From the NCBI RefSeq assembly GCF_004010195.1, contig NC_057718.1:13268963-13308506 (forward strand): 39,544 bases of DNA. Reading direction: 5' to 3'. Positions within the stretch are counted from its first letter, which is position 1, and the number at the start of each line of letters is the position of its first letter. A program made the position numbers and the translations under genes. Shown one piece after another: positions 1 to 9,277 of this stretch. The notes beneath the pieces are model-generated. The model saw only the letters and a list, made by a program, of their open reading frames with translations. It did no database searches and was not told the origin of the DNA. Origin of the DNA: Chiloscyllium plagiosum. Lineage: Eukaryota.

Positions 1-296
1 CTGTTACTACAGAGACCCAGGCAATGTTTTGGGGACCTGGATTCACATCCCACCATGGCAGAGGTGGAATTCAGATTCAATAAGGAATCCTGAGTTAAGA
101 GTCTAACAATAATAATAAAACAATTATTGATTGTCAGGAAAAACCCATCTGGTTCACTTATATCCTCTAGGGTAGGAAACTGTCACTGTTACCTTGTCTG
201 ACCTTGTGAATCAAGAGCCAGAGTAAGGTGGGTGACTCTTAACTGCCCTTTGGAATGGGTGATGTCCTCATCCCATGAATCAATGAAAGAAAAAAA
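1..296 (+). mobile_element. Degenerate tRNA-headed SINE with CR1-group LINE-type 3' tail (here 'SINE family B'), cut by the window start
   Basis: B-box-like ggattcacatccc, body 'aaaacccatctggttcact...ttaactgccct', end 'catcccatgaat' plus A-rich tail. The same body recurs at ~2040-2380, 7445-7751 and 11248-11490. Confidence 0.7.
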
Positions 297-317
297 CAAG
301 TAACTTTCAATTCCAAT

Positions 318-450
318 TTCCTGTCTTTTCTCCATAACTCTTGATTCCCTTACTGATTAAAATGTGTCTCTCTTAACCTTGAATATATTTAATGACACAG
401 TGCCCACAGTCTTCTACAGTGAAGAATTCTACAGATTCATCTCCCTCAGA
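318..450 (-). mobile_element. CR1/HER1-type LINE 3' fragment, degenerate
   Basis: Reverse complement resembles 6340-6470 (gtgaatct..gaattc..cattgagtatattt..atcaagg). Confidence 0.6.
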
Positions 451-464
451 AAAAAAAATTGTAG

Positions 465-572
465 TCAAATTGGGCTTGAAACATTGATTCTGTTGCTCAC
501 TGCACAGATTTGTTGAGTGTTTCCAACACGTACTGTTTTTATTTCAGATTTCCAGCATCTGTAATATTTGGA
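465..572 (+). mobile_element. Short PLE-derived fragment
   Basis: 'tgaaacattgattctgt...tgttgagtgtttccaaca...tttttatttcagatttccagcatctg' matches the other short PLE ends (12800-12850, 14826-14920). Confidence 0.6.
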
Positions 573-689
573 TATTATTGTGATCTTGAGGCCCAGACTA
601 ATGGTCTAATGACAAGAGTTCAAATCCCACCACATCATCTGGAGAAATTTAAATTCAATTAATAAATCCCAGCATTGTTACAGCACAGG

Positions 690-1040
690 AAGTGCATCCA
701 CTGGCTCTTCAAACAATCATTACCGAGCCTAACCTCCTGCCTTTGTACATCATTTCTATCCAAATAACCATCTTGAATACTTCAGTTAAACCTGTCTCCA
801 CCACAGTTCCAGACAGTGCATTCCACAGCCTAATTACTCACTGGATGAGAAGGACTTTTTTTCACATCAATCTGACTTTACTTGTGCATTAATTTAAATC
901 TATGCCCGCTCATTCTTTTTTCCATTATGAGTAGGAACAGCTTCTCCCTTCCTACTCCCTCCAGCCCACTCATGATTTTGAACACCTCTCTCAGGTCTCC
1001 TCTCAGCCGCTTTCTGTCCAAGGAGAACAGTCCAACTTTT
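690..1040 (-). mobile_element. CR1/HER1 LINE ORF2 C-terminal fragment; upstream part continues at ~1895-2035
   Basis: Minus-strand translation GLFSLDRKRLRGDLREVFKIMSGL...GHRFKL is the typical CR1 ORF2 C-terminal motif. Interrupted by two SINEs. Confidence 0.85.
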
Positions 1041-1044
1041 GATT

Positions 1045-1372
1045 GGGAGCAACATGATGGCTCAGTGGTTAGCACTGCTTCCTCACAGAACCAGGGACCT
1101 AGGTTCCATTCCTGCTTCAGGCGACTGTCTGTGTGAAGTTTGCACATTCTCCCTGTGTCTGTGAGGGTTTCCTCCATGTGGTCCAGGTTCCACCCACAGT
1201 CCAAAGATGTACTGGTCAGGCGAATTAGCCATGCTAAATTGCCCAAAGTGTTAGATGCATTAGTCATGTGTAAATGTTGGGTAGGGAAATGGGTCTGGGT
1301 GGGTTATCCAAGTCTATGTGAATTTGTTGGGCCGTAGGGCCTGTTTCCATACTGTTGGGAATCTAATCTAAA
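1045..1372 (+). mobile_element. HE1-type SINE (tRNA head, V-domain core, LINE-derived tail)
   Basis: A box tggctcagtgg, B-box-like ggttccattcc, core tttgcacattctccctgtgtctg, tail gggcctgtttcca...aatctaatct. Confidence 0.9.
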
Positions 1373-1420
1373 TTGTTTTCAATCCACAGGCACTCCCTGA
1401 TTTACAAATGCTTGTCCTTA

Positions 1421-1761
1421 TTAGATTAGATTAGATTACTTTCAGTGTGGAAACAGGCCCTTCAGCCCAACAAATCCACACCGCCCCGCCGAAGCGCAAC
1501 CCACCCATACCCCTGCATTTACCCTTTACCTAACACTACGGGCAATTTAGCATGGCCAATTCACCTGACCTGCACATCTTTGGACTGTGGGAGGAAACCG
1601 GAGCATCCGGAGGAAACCCACGCAGACACAGGGAGAATGTGCAAACTCCACACAGTCAGTCGCCTGAGGCGGGAATTGAACCCGGGTCTCTGGCGCTGTG
1701 AGGCAGCAGTGCTAACCACTATGCCACCGTGCCGCCCAGCCACTATGCCACCGTGCCGCCC
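1421..1761 (-). mobile_element. HE1-type SINE, near-consensus, with duplicated 5' end
   Basis: (tagat)n tail at 1421-1437, full core, head ccactatgccaccgtgccgccc present twice (1716-1737, 1740-1761). Confidence 0.95.
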
Positions 1762-1894
1762 ATGAATGAGATCCTAACCCTACTCAGAAATGGCCATTTT
1801 ATATTCTGTTATATTGTGTTCTGACAAACATACAGATCAACTTACAAACTTACTCAGGAATGGAATTCATTTATAACCTGGGGACTGTCCATAC

Positions 1895-2035
1895 CCTCAT
1901 AACTGAAGTTCATCACTGGATGCATTCTTGTAAATCACTTCTGCATTCTCTCCAATGCATCTATATCTTTCCCATAACGTGAGGCTTACAAATTGGACCC
2001 AATATTCCAGTTGAGGTCCAACCAGTGTTTTATGC
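1895..2035 (-). mobile_element. CR1 LINE ORF2 fragment
   Basis: Reverse complement 'ctggttggacctcaactggaatattgggtccaattt...gcattggagagaatgcagaagtgatttacaagaatg' reads as an LEYCVQFW...LERVQRRFTRM-like CR1 motif. Confidence 0.7.
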
Positions 2036-2039
2036 ATCA

Positions 2040-2380
2040 GGAATTGAAAGCGAAGTGCAGTGATGGAGACCATGAAACTATCATTGAGGATGAAGAGTCA
2101 CTGGGCTCCAAACATTGCCTCTGTTTTCGTTCTCTCCACACTGCTAGACCTGCTGAGTTTCTCCACCATGTTCTTTAAGCTATCATTGATTGTGGTTAAA
2201 GCCCTCTGGCTCACTTTTAGAGATTAAAATCTTACCTGGTCTGGCCTATTTGTGACTCCAGACCCACAGCAATGTGGACTGAAGGTTGAAATGACTTCAG
2301 CGAGCTTTTCAATTCAAGGGCGGTGAGGGAATGAGCGGTAAATGCTGGCTTTGCCAGTGACGCCCACATCCCATTAGAGA
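2040..2380 (+). mobile_element. SINE family B fragment split by a PLE insertion
   Basis: 'cttacctggtctggcct...tgactccagacccacagcaatgtgg...aatgctggctttgccagtgacgcccacatccca'. Confidence 0.75.
2088..2176 (+). mobile_element. Short PLE-derived insertion with decayed HHR and 13-bp TSD
   Basis: Flanked by aaactatcattga (2075-2087) and aagctatcattga (2177-2189). Begins gatgaagagtcactgggctccaaac, i.e. inside the (CT)GATGA core. Confidence 0.75.
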
Positions 2381-2699
2381 AAGTGTATAGAAAGTAAAAT
2401 AACATAATGCGCGCCACAGGAATCCTTTCCGTGCCTAACTGGGTCCCCAACCGAGTGTGGTTTACGCGCAGAAGGAAAACTTGCGGCCAAGTAACGTCAA
2501 TGAGGGTGGGGAAAGAGGAGTCTGCCCCCTCTCAGAGAACACAGCGTTCCTCAGGAATTCAGGGAGCGGACCCTTCCCACTATGGGATAAATAACATCGT
2601 TTATATTCACACCCTTTCAACAGCTGGAGGGTGAGTTTTGAAACGACTTCAGCATTTCTGATGGTGATTATGTTAAAATAAACCCTTAAGGTCTTAGGC

Positions 2700-2826
2700 A
2701 AAAGTGAGGACTGCAGATGCTAGAGATCAGGGTCTAGATTAGTGGTGCTGGAAAAGCACAACAACTCAGGCAGCATCCGAGGAGCAGGAAAATCGACGTT
2801 TCGGGCAAAAGCCATTCATTCGGAAG
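2700..2826 (-). mobile_element. Short PLE-derived fragment ending in a decayed HHR
   Basis: Same family as 22401-22609. The minus strand reads ccgaatgaatggcttttgcccgaaacgtcgatt. Confidence 0.8.
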
Positions 2827-3923
2827 GATTTCAGGTTGTAGCCAAGCCCAGTGTTTTTTTTCTGACAAATGACAATTCGTGATCCAGTATGATGATTTGA
2901 CAACAGATAGTTTTGTGAGGAGATTGTAAGGGGTATATGTTGATCAAGGTGATCTAATTATCGCTTAAGAATAGCCTGTCGTATTTAAACCACGGATTAA
3001 ACTGGGAGGTGACAAACAGGAAGGCGCCCAAACCCATTTAATTCCAGCGAGAGACTCGGGACGACATACCACACGTCCCTCAGGAACTCACTCACTCCCA
3101 GTTTCTGGAATCCAGAATAAAACTCGGGCAAGACGCCACATACAATCGGCAGCTTCCCCCGGGGTCACTGGATAGCTGGCTCCTCAGAGTACTCTCCAGA
3201 AAGATTCTCCACACACACTATCACACTCCAACTTCAGAAATACCAACTCTCCCTGAATAAAACACCAAGAGGCAGTCAAACGCTGAAGAAAGCACGAGCA
3301 AGTTGCTAACAGTGTGATCAGCTCACTCTCCTGCACTCAAAACTCACCAGAACTTCAGTGTTTATATATTCAGGAACAACAGGAGAGAGAGAGAGAGAAA
3401 GGAGCCTTCTCAAACAGACATTCCACACACACTCGCTGTATTCTGAAACTCGCCTTGACGCATTCGTTAAGAAATTTGAAAATAAATAAAAACATCACAA
3501 CTGACAGAGCTTGTCAAAGCCAGTGTGGGAGAATGCAGGGGGCGATCCACAGCGGATCTCTGCAGCCTGTAACAGGTTGGACGTGTCTCAGACTAACCCT
3601 GATCTCCCCTCCAGGAGTCTGACCTGGAGAACTGAGAGCTCCCCACGGGTCTTTAACCCACTGCTCCCGATCAATCAATCCCTCAGCATCCCCTCCTGCC
3701 TGAAAACTGTCCCGCAGTGTAGCCTTGGAGCTGGGGAGGAAAGGGCTGTGTCAAGGCACTGCCTTCAGTAGTAAACAGGCGAGGCATTTCTACACAGATA
3801 CATAATCACACAGACACAAAGTAAAGATATAGGGACACTCGGTAACTTACAGAAGCGGCTACAAAGTGAGGCGAACGCCAGCTCCTTGCGCCAGCACTGG
3901 CTCCTGATGAGTTTGCAGACACA

Positions 3924-3995
3924 ATGTTGCCATCACCGGGATCCCAAACCACAGCCGCAATGTTGCAACATTCTGTGAATGGGGCCACGCAGGAG
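3924..3995 (+). CDS. Candidate first coding exon (MLPSPGSQTTAAMLQHSVNGATQE, phase 0) of an unidentified gene
   Basis: acaATG with A at -3, in-frame upstream TGA at 3867, 24 codons ending in GAG|gtgagc, inside the CpG-rich block. No homology recognised and no downstream exon found. Confidence 0.3.
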
Positions 3996-4103
3996 GTGAG
4001 CTCTGGGCGGTCGAGGACGCGCTTTGCGACGGGCACGTTCACGAATCGCGCGCTTCTTCTGGCAAGGAAAATGGCCCAATCCCCGTCCCCTTCTCTCTAA
4101 CAT

Positions 4104-4627
4104 ACACACACAGGAGCAGATTGCTACCTGACTGTCACCAGTCTCTCTCTCTCTCTCTGACTCACACACAGGGGCAGATTGCTTCCTGACTGTCACCAGT
4201 CTCTCTCTAGGGGCAGATTGCTTCCTGACTGTCACCAGTCTCTCTCTCTCTCTCTCTGACTCACACACAGGGGCAGATTGCTTCAGGGTTGTCATCAGTC
4301 TCTCTATCTCTCACACACACAGGAGCAGATTGCTTCCTGACTGTCACCAGTCTCTCTCTCTCTCTGACTCACACACAGGGGCAGATTGCTTCCTGACTGT
4401 CACCAGTCTCTCTCTCTCTCTGACTCTCAGACAGGAGCAGATTGCTTCAGGGTTGTCATCAGTCTCTCTCTCTCTCTCTGATACACACACAGGAGCAGAT
4501 GGCTTTCTGACTGTCGCCAGATTTTCTCTGATACATACACACACGCAGGAACGGATGGCTTCAGGACTGTCACCAGTCTCTGTCTCTCTCTGACTGCCAC
4601 ACTGGAGCAGATTGCTTCAGGACTGTT
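4104..4627. repeat. Compound minisatellite, ~10 units of ~45-62 bp
   Basis: Unit (ac)n-aggRgcagattgcttcctgactgtcaccag-(tc)n-tgactc, with a variant core cagggttgtcatcag in units 4 and 7. Confidence 0.95.
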
Positions 4628-5173
4628 TTAGTCTGCCTTGCCAGGTTGCCCAGTGATGGGGAAATCCCCTGCTGGGCTGGCCATTGAGTTAGGGTCTCCC
4701 AGATTCCAGATTTAACTATGTGGTGAACTTTCAGATAACACACCAGTATTCTATGAGCTACTACTGCTTGACCATACTCAGACTCCCTGGGAATGCCTTT
4801 CAATGAGAATTTGGGTGAATTTGGGATGAGCAGTGGGGATCCTGGAAGTTGGCTAAGCAGCGTAACAGAACACGCCAACAGCTATCAAAGAATATCCTTT
4901 CGGCAGCACGATGACAGAAGCCCATTACGTTGGCTTCTCTGGGTCATGTCACAAAAGCTGCTGGCACAAGTTAGTTGGAGTTTGGGTTTGAGATGTGTCT
5001 CTCCACATGAGATTTCTTTGCCTGATTAAACTGCATGTTTTAGTTGCGTGGTTATGATGTGGACAATGCAGTCAGTGTAGCCTCACAGCTTGCTTGATGA
5101 ACTGTGCTGCACTGGACCCAACTTGCTGTCCAATAACCTCACCCATTACTTTTCACTGGCCTGATCAGAATTG

Positions 5174-5363
5174 GATCAAAAGTTTTAACTAAAATTGTTT
5201 AATATATCATTACAACTCCATGACACTGTAGCCCTTTTGCTATAAATTATGTGTCATATGGTCATGTCCCACAACCAGCTGATGAAGAGGCAGCACCTTG
5301 AAAGCTAGTGCTTCCAAATAAACCTGCTGGACTATAACCTGGTGTTGTGTGATTTTTAACTCA
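5174..5363 (+). mobile_element. PLE pseudo-LTR fragment with HHR motif and 11-bp TSD
   Basis: gatcagaattg at 5163-5173 and 5364-5374. CTGATGA-A-GAGG-cagca-CCTT-GAAA-GCTA-GTG at 5279-5310, followed by aataaa. Confidence 0.8.
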
Positions 5364-5654
5364 GATCAGAATTGATGGTAATCCTATCTTCAGCCTAGAA
5401 GTAACACTAGGTTGTTTGATTCAAAGAGAATATACTTGGGAATGGAATTGATGTCTGGCATGCTTCATCATCCATGCCTGGACACAGGCAGACCTACAGC
5501 ATTCTGTAAATCATTGTTCTACTGATAGCCTTATCTTTTCTACTTACATCTTCATATGCTTCAAATGAGACAGGGTCTTGCCTTATCCAGCAGAGGGATC
5601 CTTGCAGGCACTTCATCCTGTGTTACCTTAACCAGGTCAATCATTTACAGCACG

Positions 5655-6572
5655 TTAACTTGGCAGATGATACAAAGACAAGTAGAGAGACAGGTAGCAT
5701 TGAGGAGGTGGGGAGGCTGCAGAATGATTTGGACAGGTTAGGAGAGTGGGCAAAGCAGTGGCAGATGGAGTACAATGTGGAAAGTGTGAGGTCATGTACT
5801 TTGGTAGGAAGAATAGAGGCATGTGCTATTTTCTAAATTCAGAAGTCTGAAGTGCAAAGAGACTTAAGAGTTATAGTCCAGGATTCTCTCAAGGTAAACT
5901 GCAGGCTGAGTCAGTAGTTAGGAAGGCCAATGCAATGATGGCATTTATTTTGAGAGGACTTGAATACAAAAGCAAGGATGTAATTCTGGAGCTCTATAAA
6001 GATCTGGTCAGGCCACATTTGGAGTTTTGTGTGCAGTTTTGGGCCCCAAAGCTCAGAAAGAATGTACTGGCCTGGAGCGTATTCAGAGGAGGTTCATGAG
6101 AATGGTCCCAGGAATGAAAAGCTTAACATATGAAGAATGTTGGAGGACTCTGAGTTTTAACTTATTGGAGTTTAGGAGGATAAGGGGGATCTAATTGAAA
6201 TATACAGAATACGGAATGGCCTGGACAGAGTAGATGTTGGGAAGGTGTTTCCATTGGTAGGAGAGACTAGGACCTGAGGACATAGCCTTAGAGTAAAAGG
6301 AAGACCTTTTGGAATGAAGATAAGGAGAAACGTCTTCAGCCAGAGAGTGGTGAATCTATGGAATTCATTGCCATAGAAGATTGTGGAGGCCAGATCATTG
6401 AGTATATTTAACATGGAGATAGGTAGGCTCTTATGTATCAAGGGGATCAAGGCTACGGGGAGAAAGGGGGAGAATGGGGTTGAGATGGTTATCAGCCATA
6501 ACTGAATGGCGGAGCAGACTCCAGGGGCTGACTGGCCTAATTTCTGCTCCCATGTCTTATGGTCTTATGGTT
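5655..6572 (+). mobile_element. CR1/HER1 LINE, 5'-truncated, decayed RT C-terminus and 3' UTR
   Basis: Decayed motifs LQNDLDRLGEWAKQWQMEYN, LYKDLVRPHLEFCVQFW, RVVNLWNSLP; tail (tatggtct)n. Confidence 0.92.
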
Positions 6573-6994
6573 ACTTTTATTCATAATTTAGGGTCTAGCC
6601 TCACAAAGTGGAGGTGAGGATCCCAGTGGGGTCACAAGGTCTGAGGCAGCAATGACTGCCCTTGTTGCTGTAATTATAACAATTGGGCTCCTGCTCTAAC
6701 AGGCCCCGGCTCACTCAGGCTCCTCCCCCAATTCTTGCAGTCCTCACCGAAAGGACACAGATATTTTCAAGCCTCAAAATGGAATGACAGAGGGAAAGCA
6801 TTTGGGAAGCACAGCTTTACAGTTCCTGCTTCCTAGCTATTGCATCTTGCATCTAAAGCCGTTGACCCTGGGTAAGTGACATATGCCCCCTAGACAGAGG
6901 GTGATGACTGAACCTAATCCTGCAGGCCAACTGAGTTTGCAGAGCTTTACACGCACTTGGGGTAGAACTTTCAGTGGGTTACATCCAGATTTGT

Positions 6995-7103
6995 GGGCGG
7001 CACGGTGGCACAGTGGTTAGCACTGCTGCCTCACAGCGCCAGAGACCCGGGTTCGAAGGGCCTGTTTCCACACTGTAAGTAATCTAATCTAATCTAATCT
7101 AAT
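6995..7103 (+). mobile_element. Internally deleted HE1 SINE: tRNA head fused directly to tail
   Basis: gggcggcacggtggcacagtggttag...cccgggttc|gaagggcctgtttccacactgtaagt(aatct)4; the central core is absent. Confidence 0.9.
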
Positions 7104-7444
7104 TTCTTCAAAATTCACATTAGATCTGAAAATTGCTTTGTCATAAACAATTTGGAATAATCCACTGCTTTGAAGTAACTTAATTTTAAATTACTGAAAA
7201 TGACTTTTCGAAAATATGTGGAATTATCATTTGAGTGCAATAGTTAATGCCTTACCGTTTTAAAGAAATCCACTCAAAAACTATCAAAAAGCCTTTAAGG
7301 CTAAAAAAAAGTCCAACTTAATTCTCAGAACCTGCTCAAAGTGTTTCGAGCAAGCACCATTAGCGGAAACAACTTGTTAATAAATTTATGCAAAATTAAT
7401 ATCAGCAAATAAGCATATAAAGATACAGACAAATAACAAGGAAA

Positions 7445-7751
7445 GTGTCATGGTAACTTTGCTGGAATAGTAAACTACAAAGCAACAGGTTCAAATCACC
7501 TTCACAGAAGTTGGTCAAATTTAAACACATTTAATAAATCTGGAATTGGAATTTAATTTTAGTAATGGTGACTATGACAACTATTATTGATTGTCAGAAA
7601 AAAGCCATTCAGTTCACTAATGTCCTTTAGGAAAGGAAATCTGCCATCTTTGCTTGGTCTGGCCTACACATGACTCCATGTTCCTGCAGTTGACTCCTAA
7701 CTGCCCTCTGAAGTGGTCTAGAAGTCATTCAGTTCAAGGGGCAATTAGGGA
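7445..7751 (+). mobile_element. SINE family B
   Basis: ggttcaaatc B box, 'gttcactaatgtcctttaggaaaggaaatctgccatc', 'caaggggcaattaggga'. Confidence 0.75.
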
Positions 7752-8085
7752 ATGTGTGGCTCAGTGGTTAGTACTGCAACGACACAGCGCCAGGGACCCA
7801 GGTTCAATTCCACCTTGGGCAACTCTGCAGAGTTTGTACATTCTCCCTGTATCTGTGTGGATTTGCTCCGGTTTCCACTCACAGTGCAAAGATGTGCAGG
7901 TTAGGTGGATTGGCCATGCTAAATTGCACATAGTGCCCAGAGATGTGCAGGTTAGGTGGATTGGCTATGGGAAATGCAGGGTTACAGGGATAAGATAGGG
8001 TGAGACTGGGTGTGATGCGCTTTGGAGAGTCAGTGTAGATTTGATGGACTGAATAGGCTACTTCCACACCATTGGGATTCTATGA
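7752..8085 (+). mobile_element. HE1-type SINE, subfamily with internally repeated 'agatgtgcaggttaggtggattggc'
   Basis: A/B boxes, core, tail ...gggattctatga. Same layout at 10762-11095, 23126-23465 and 24308-24632. Confidence 0.85.
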
Positions 8086-8739
8086 TTGCTGATCTTTTGA
8101 GTGAAGCCCGTGTGTTATGAAATAATTTTTAAAAATTAACAAATAGCCTTTTAATTACCACCTCTCAGGAAATTCTAACCATTGATAGACTTTCTACCTG
8201 TGGCAGTAATTCCACTGACCAGAGAGCAAATATCATGATTTTGTTTACATTCTCAGTTAGAATTAAGCCTGCTGATATGGGTTTTTAGCTAAAACTTCTC
8301 CCATATTTTCTGAGCTACAAGGACTTTTGAATGTTATTATTTATGGAGGAAAAGAAATTGTGAAATTGGGTTGGGGATTTATAATTACCTAAATACTCCA
8401 TCAAATTAATCCTGTCTGCCATCCCTAATTATACTGATGGCAATACATGGCTCAGAATTAGAAACAATTCATGAATGTCGGAATTATGTTATCAAATGGC
8501 TATCAAAAAAAATGTAATTGACTTGGATATAACGTAAGAATGTGACGGTGATACTCAGATATCGATTATCTACAGAGTTGGTTGGAATTAAAGGATACTT
8601 AAGTCGAACCTTAAATCAAATTCCAATCTACATCAATTAAAATAATTAATAGTCATTCAACCATGACGGCATTCATTAGACGTAGGCAAGTCAATTGTTA
8701 TGAGTCATAGAATTTTACAGCACAGATTAATATGGTAAT

Positions 8740-9090
8740 AAACACAAAGTACTACGGATGCTGGAGATCCAAAACAAAAATAAGTGCTAGAGAACTCAAC
8801 AGATCTGGTTATAGTATCAATGGAGAGGGAAACATTTGAACATTAGAGAAAAACAGAGTTAATGTCTTATCTCTGACACGACTGTCCTTCAGAACTGAAG
8901 GGAGCTGGTAAATTTTATTTTCATGCTGTTGACAAAGTTGCAGGAGGGGTGAATAGAGGAGGAGGGGTGAGGGTGCTTAAATCAAAAGACAAAGAAGGTA
9001 ATGATGCTGGTAGAGGAGAGATTGAGATGCAAGATTGGTGTTAATGGTAGGTGTGAATAGTAGAAAATAGGTCAGCTTTGCTGAGTGGTC
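8740..9090 (-). mobile_element. PLE 3' end / pseudo-LTR, degenerate
   Basis: 'ggatgctggagatc...gtgctagagaactcaacagatctgg...acagagttaatgt...ccttcagaactgaagg', then a purine-rich tract similar to 16425-16700. Confidence 0.65.
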
Positions 9091-9101
9091 TATATGATGT
9101 A

Positions 9102-9277
9102 GAGAGGAAACTTGATTATCCGAATGACATAGGCGGACAGTATTTTGTTCGGATAATTGAATGTTCGGATAATTGAATGCCGAAGAAAACAATTTAACCA
9201 AGCCTCGGGACCTTGTGATCTTGCTTGGATAATCCAAAATTCAGATAATCGAATGCCAGATAATTGAGGCTCCTCTG
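9102..9277. mobile_element. Tc1/mariner (Tigger/pogo-like) MITE
   Basis: TA at 9100-9101 and 9278-9279. Imperfect TIRs gagaggaaacttgattatccg / cagataattgaggctcctctg. Internal 'ttcggataattgaatg' repeats. Confidence 0.85.

Larger units (their letters stand above)
2400..4095. promoter_or_regulatory. CpG-enriched, repeat-poor promoter/first-exon-like region
   Basis: CpG clusters at ~2408-2500, ~3040-3165 and ~3855-4055 in an otherwise CpG-depleted window. CRE-like taacgtca at ~2492. Adjacent YY1-like aaaatggc, CCAAT and GC-box ccccgtcccc at 4068-4090. Consensus splice donors at 2631(+), 3996(+), 3850(-) and 3347(-). Confidence 0.5.

Noticed and set aside
878..1765. Recurrent ORFs such as 'GRMCKLHTDS...EAAVLTT' as a gene family
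   Set aside because: They are translations of HE1 SINE copies.
3806..4042. Resemblance of NIAAVVWDPGDGNIVSA to a deaminase strand (ADAT3-like AVVVDP)
   Set aside because: Too short, no HxE or PCxxC motif nearby, and no ATG; likely chance.
3933..4627. CRISPR-like repeat/spacer pattern and repetitive ORFs
   Set aside because: The 'spacers' are only (TC)n/(AC)n runs, and the ORFs are repeat translations.
6995..7060. tRNA gene
   Set aside because: This is a SINE head: no closing acceptor stem and it is fused to a LINE-derived tail.
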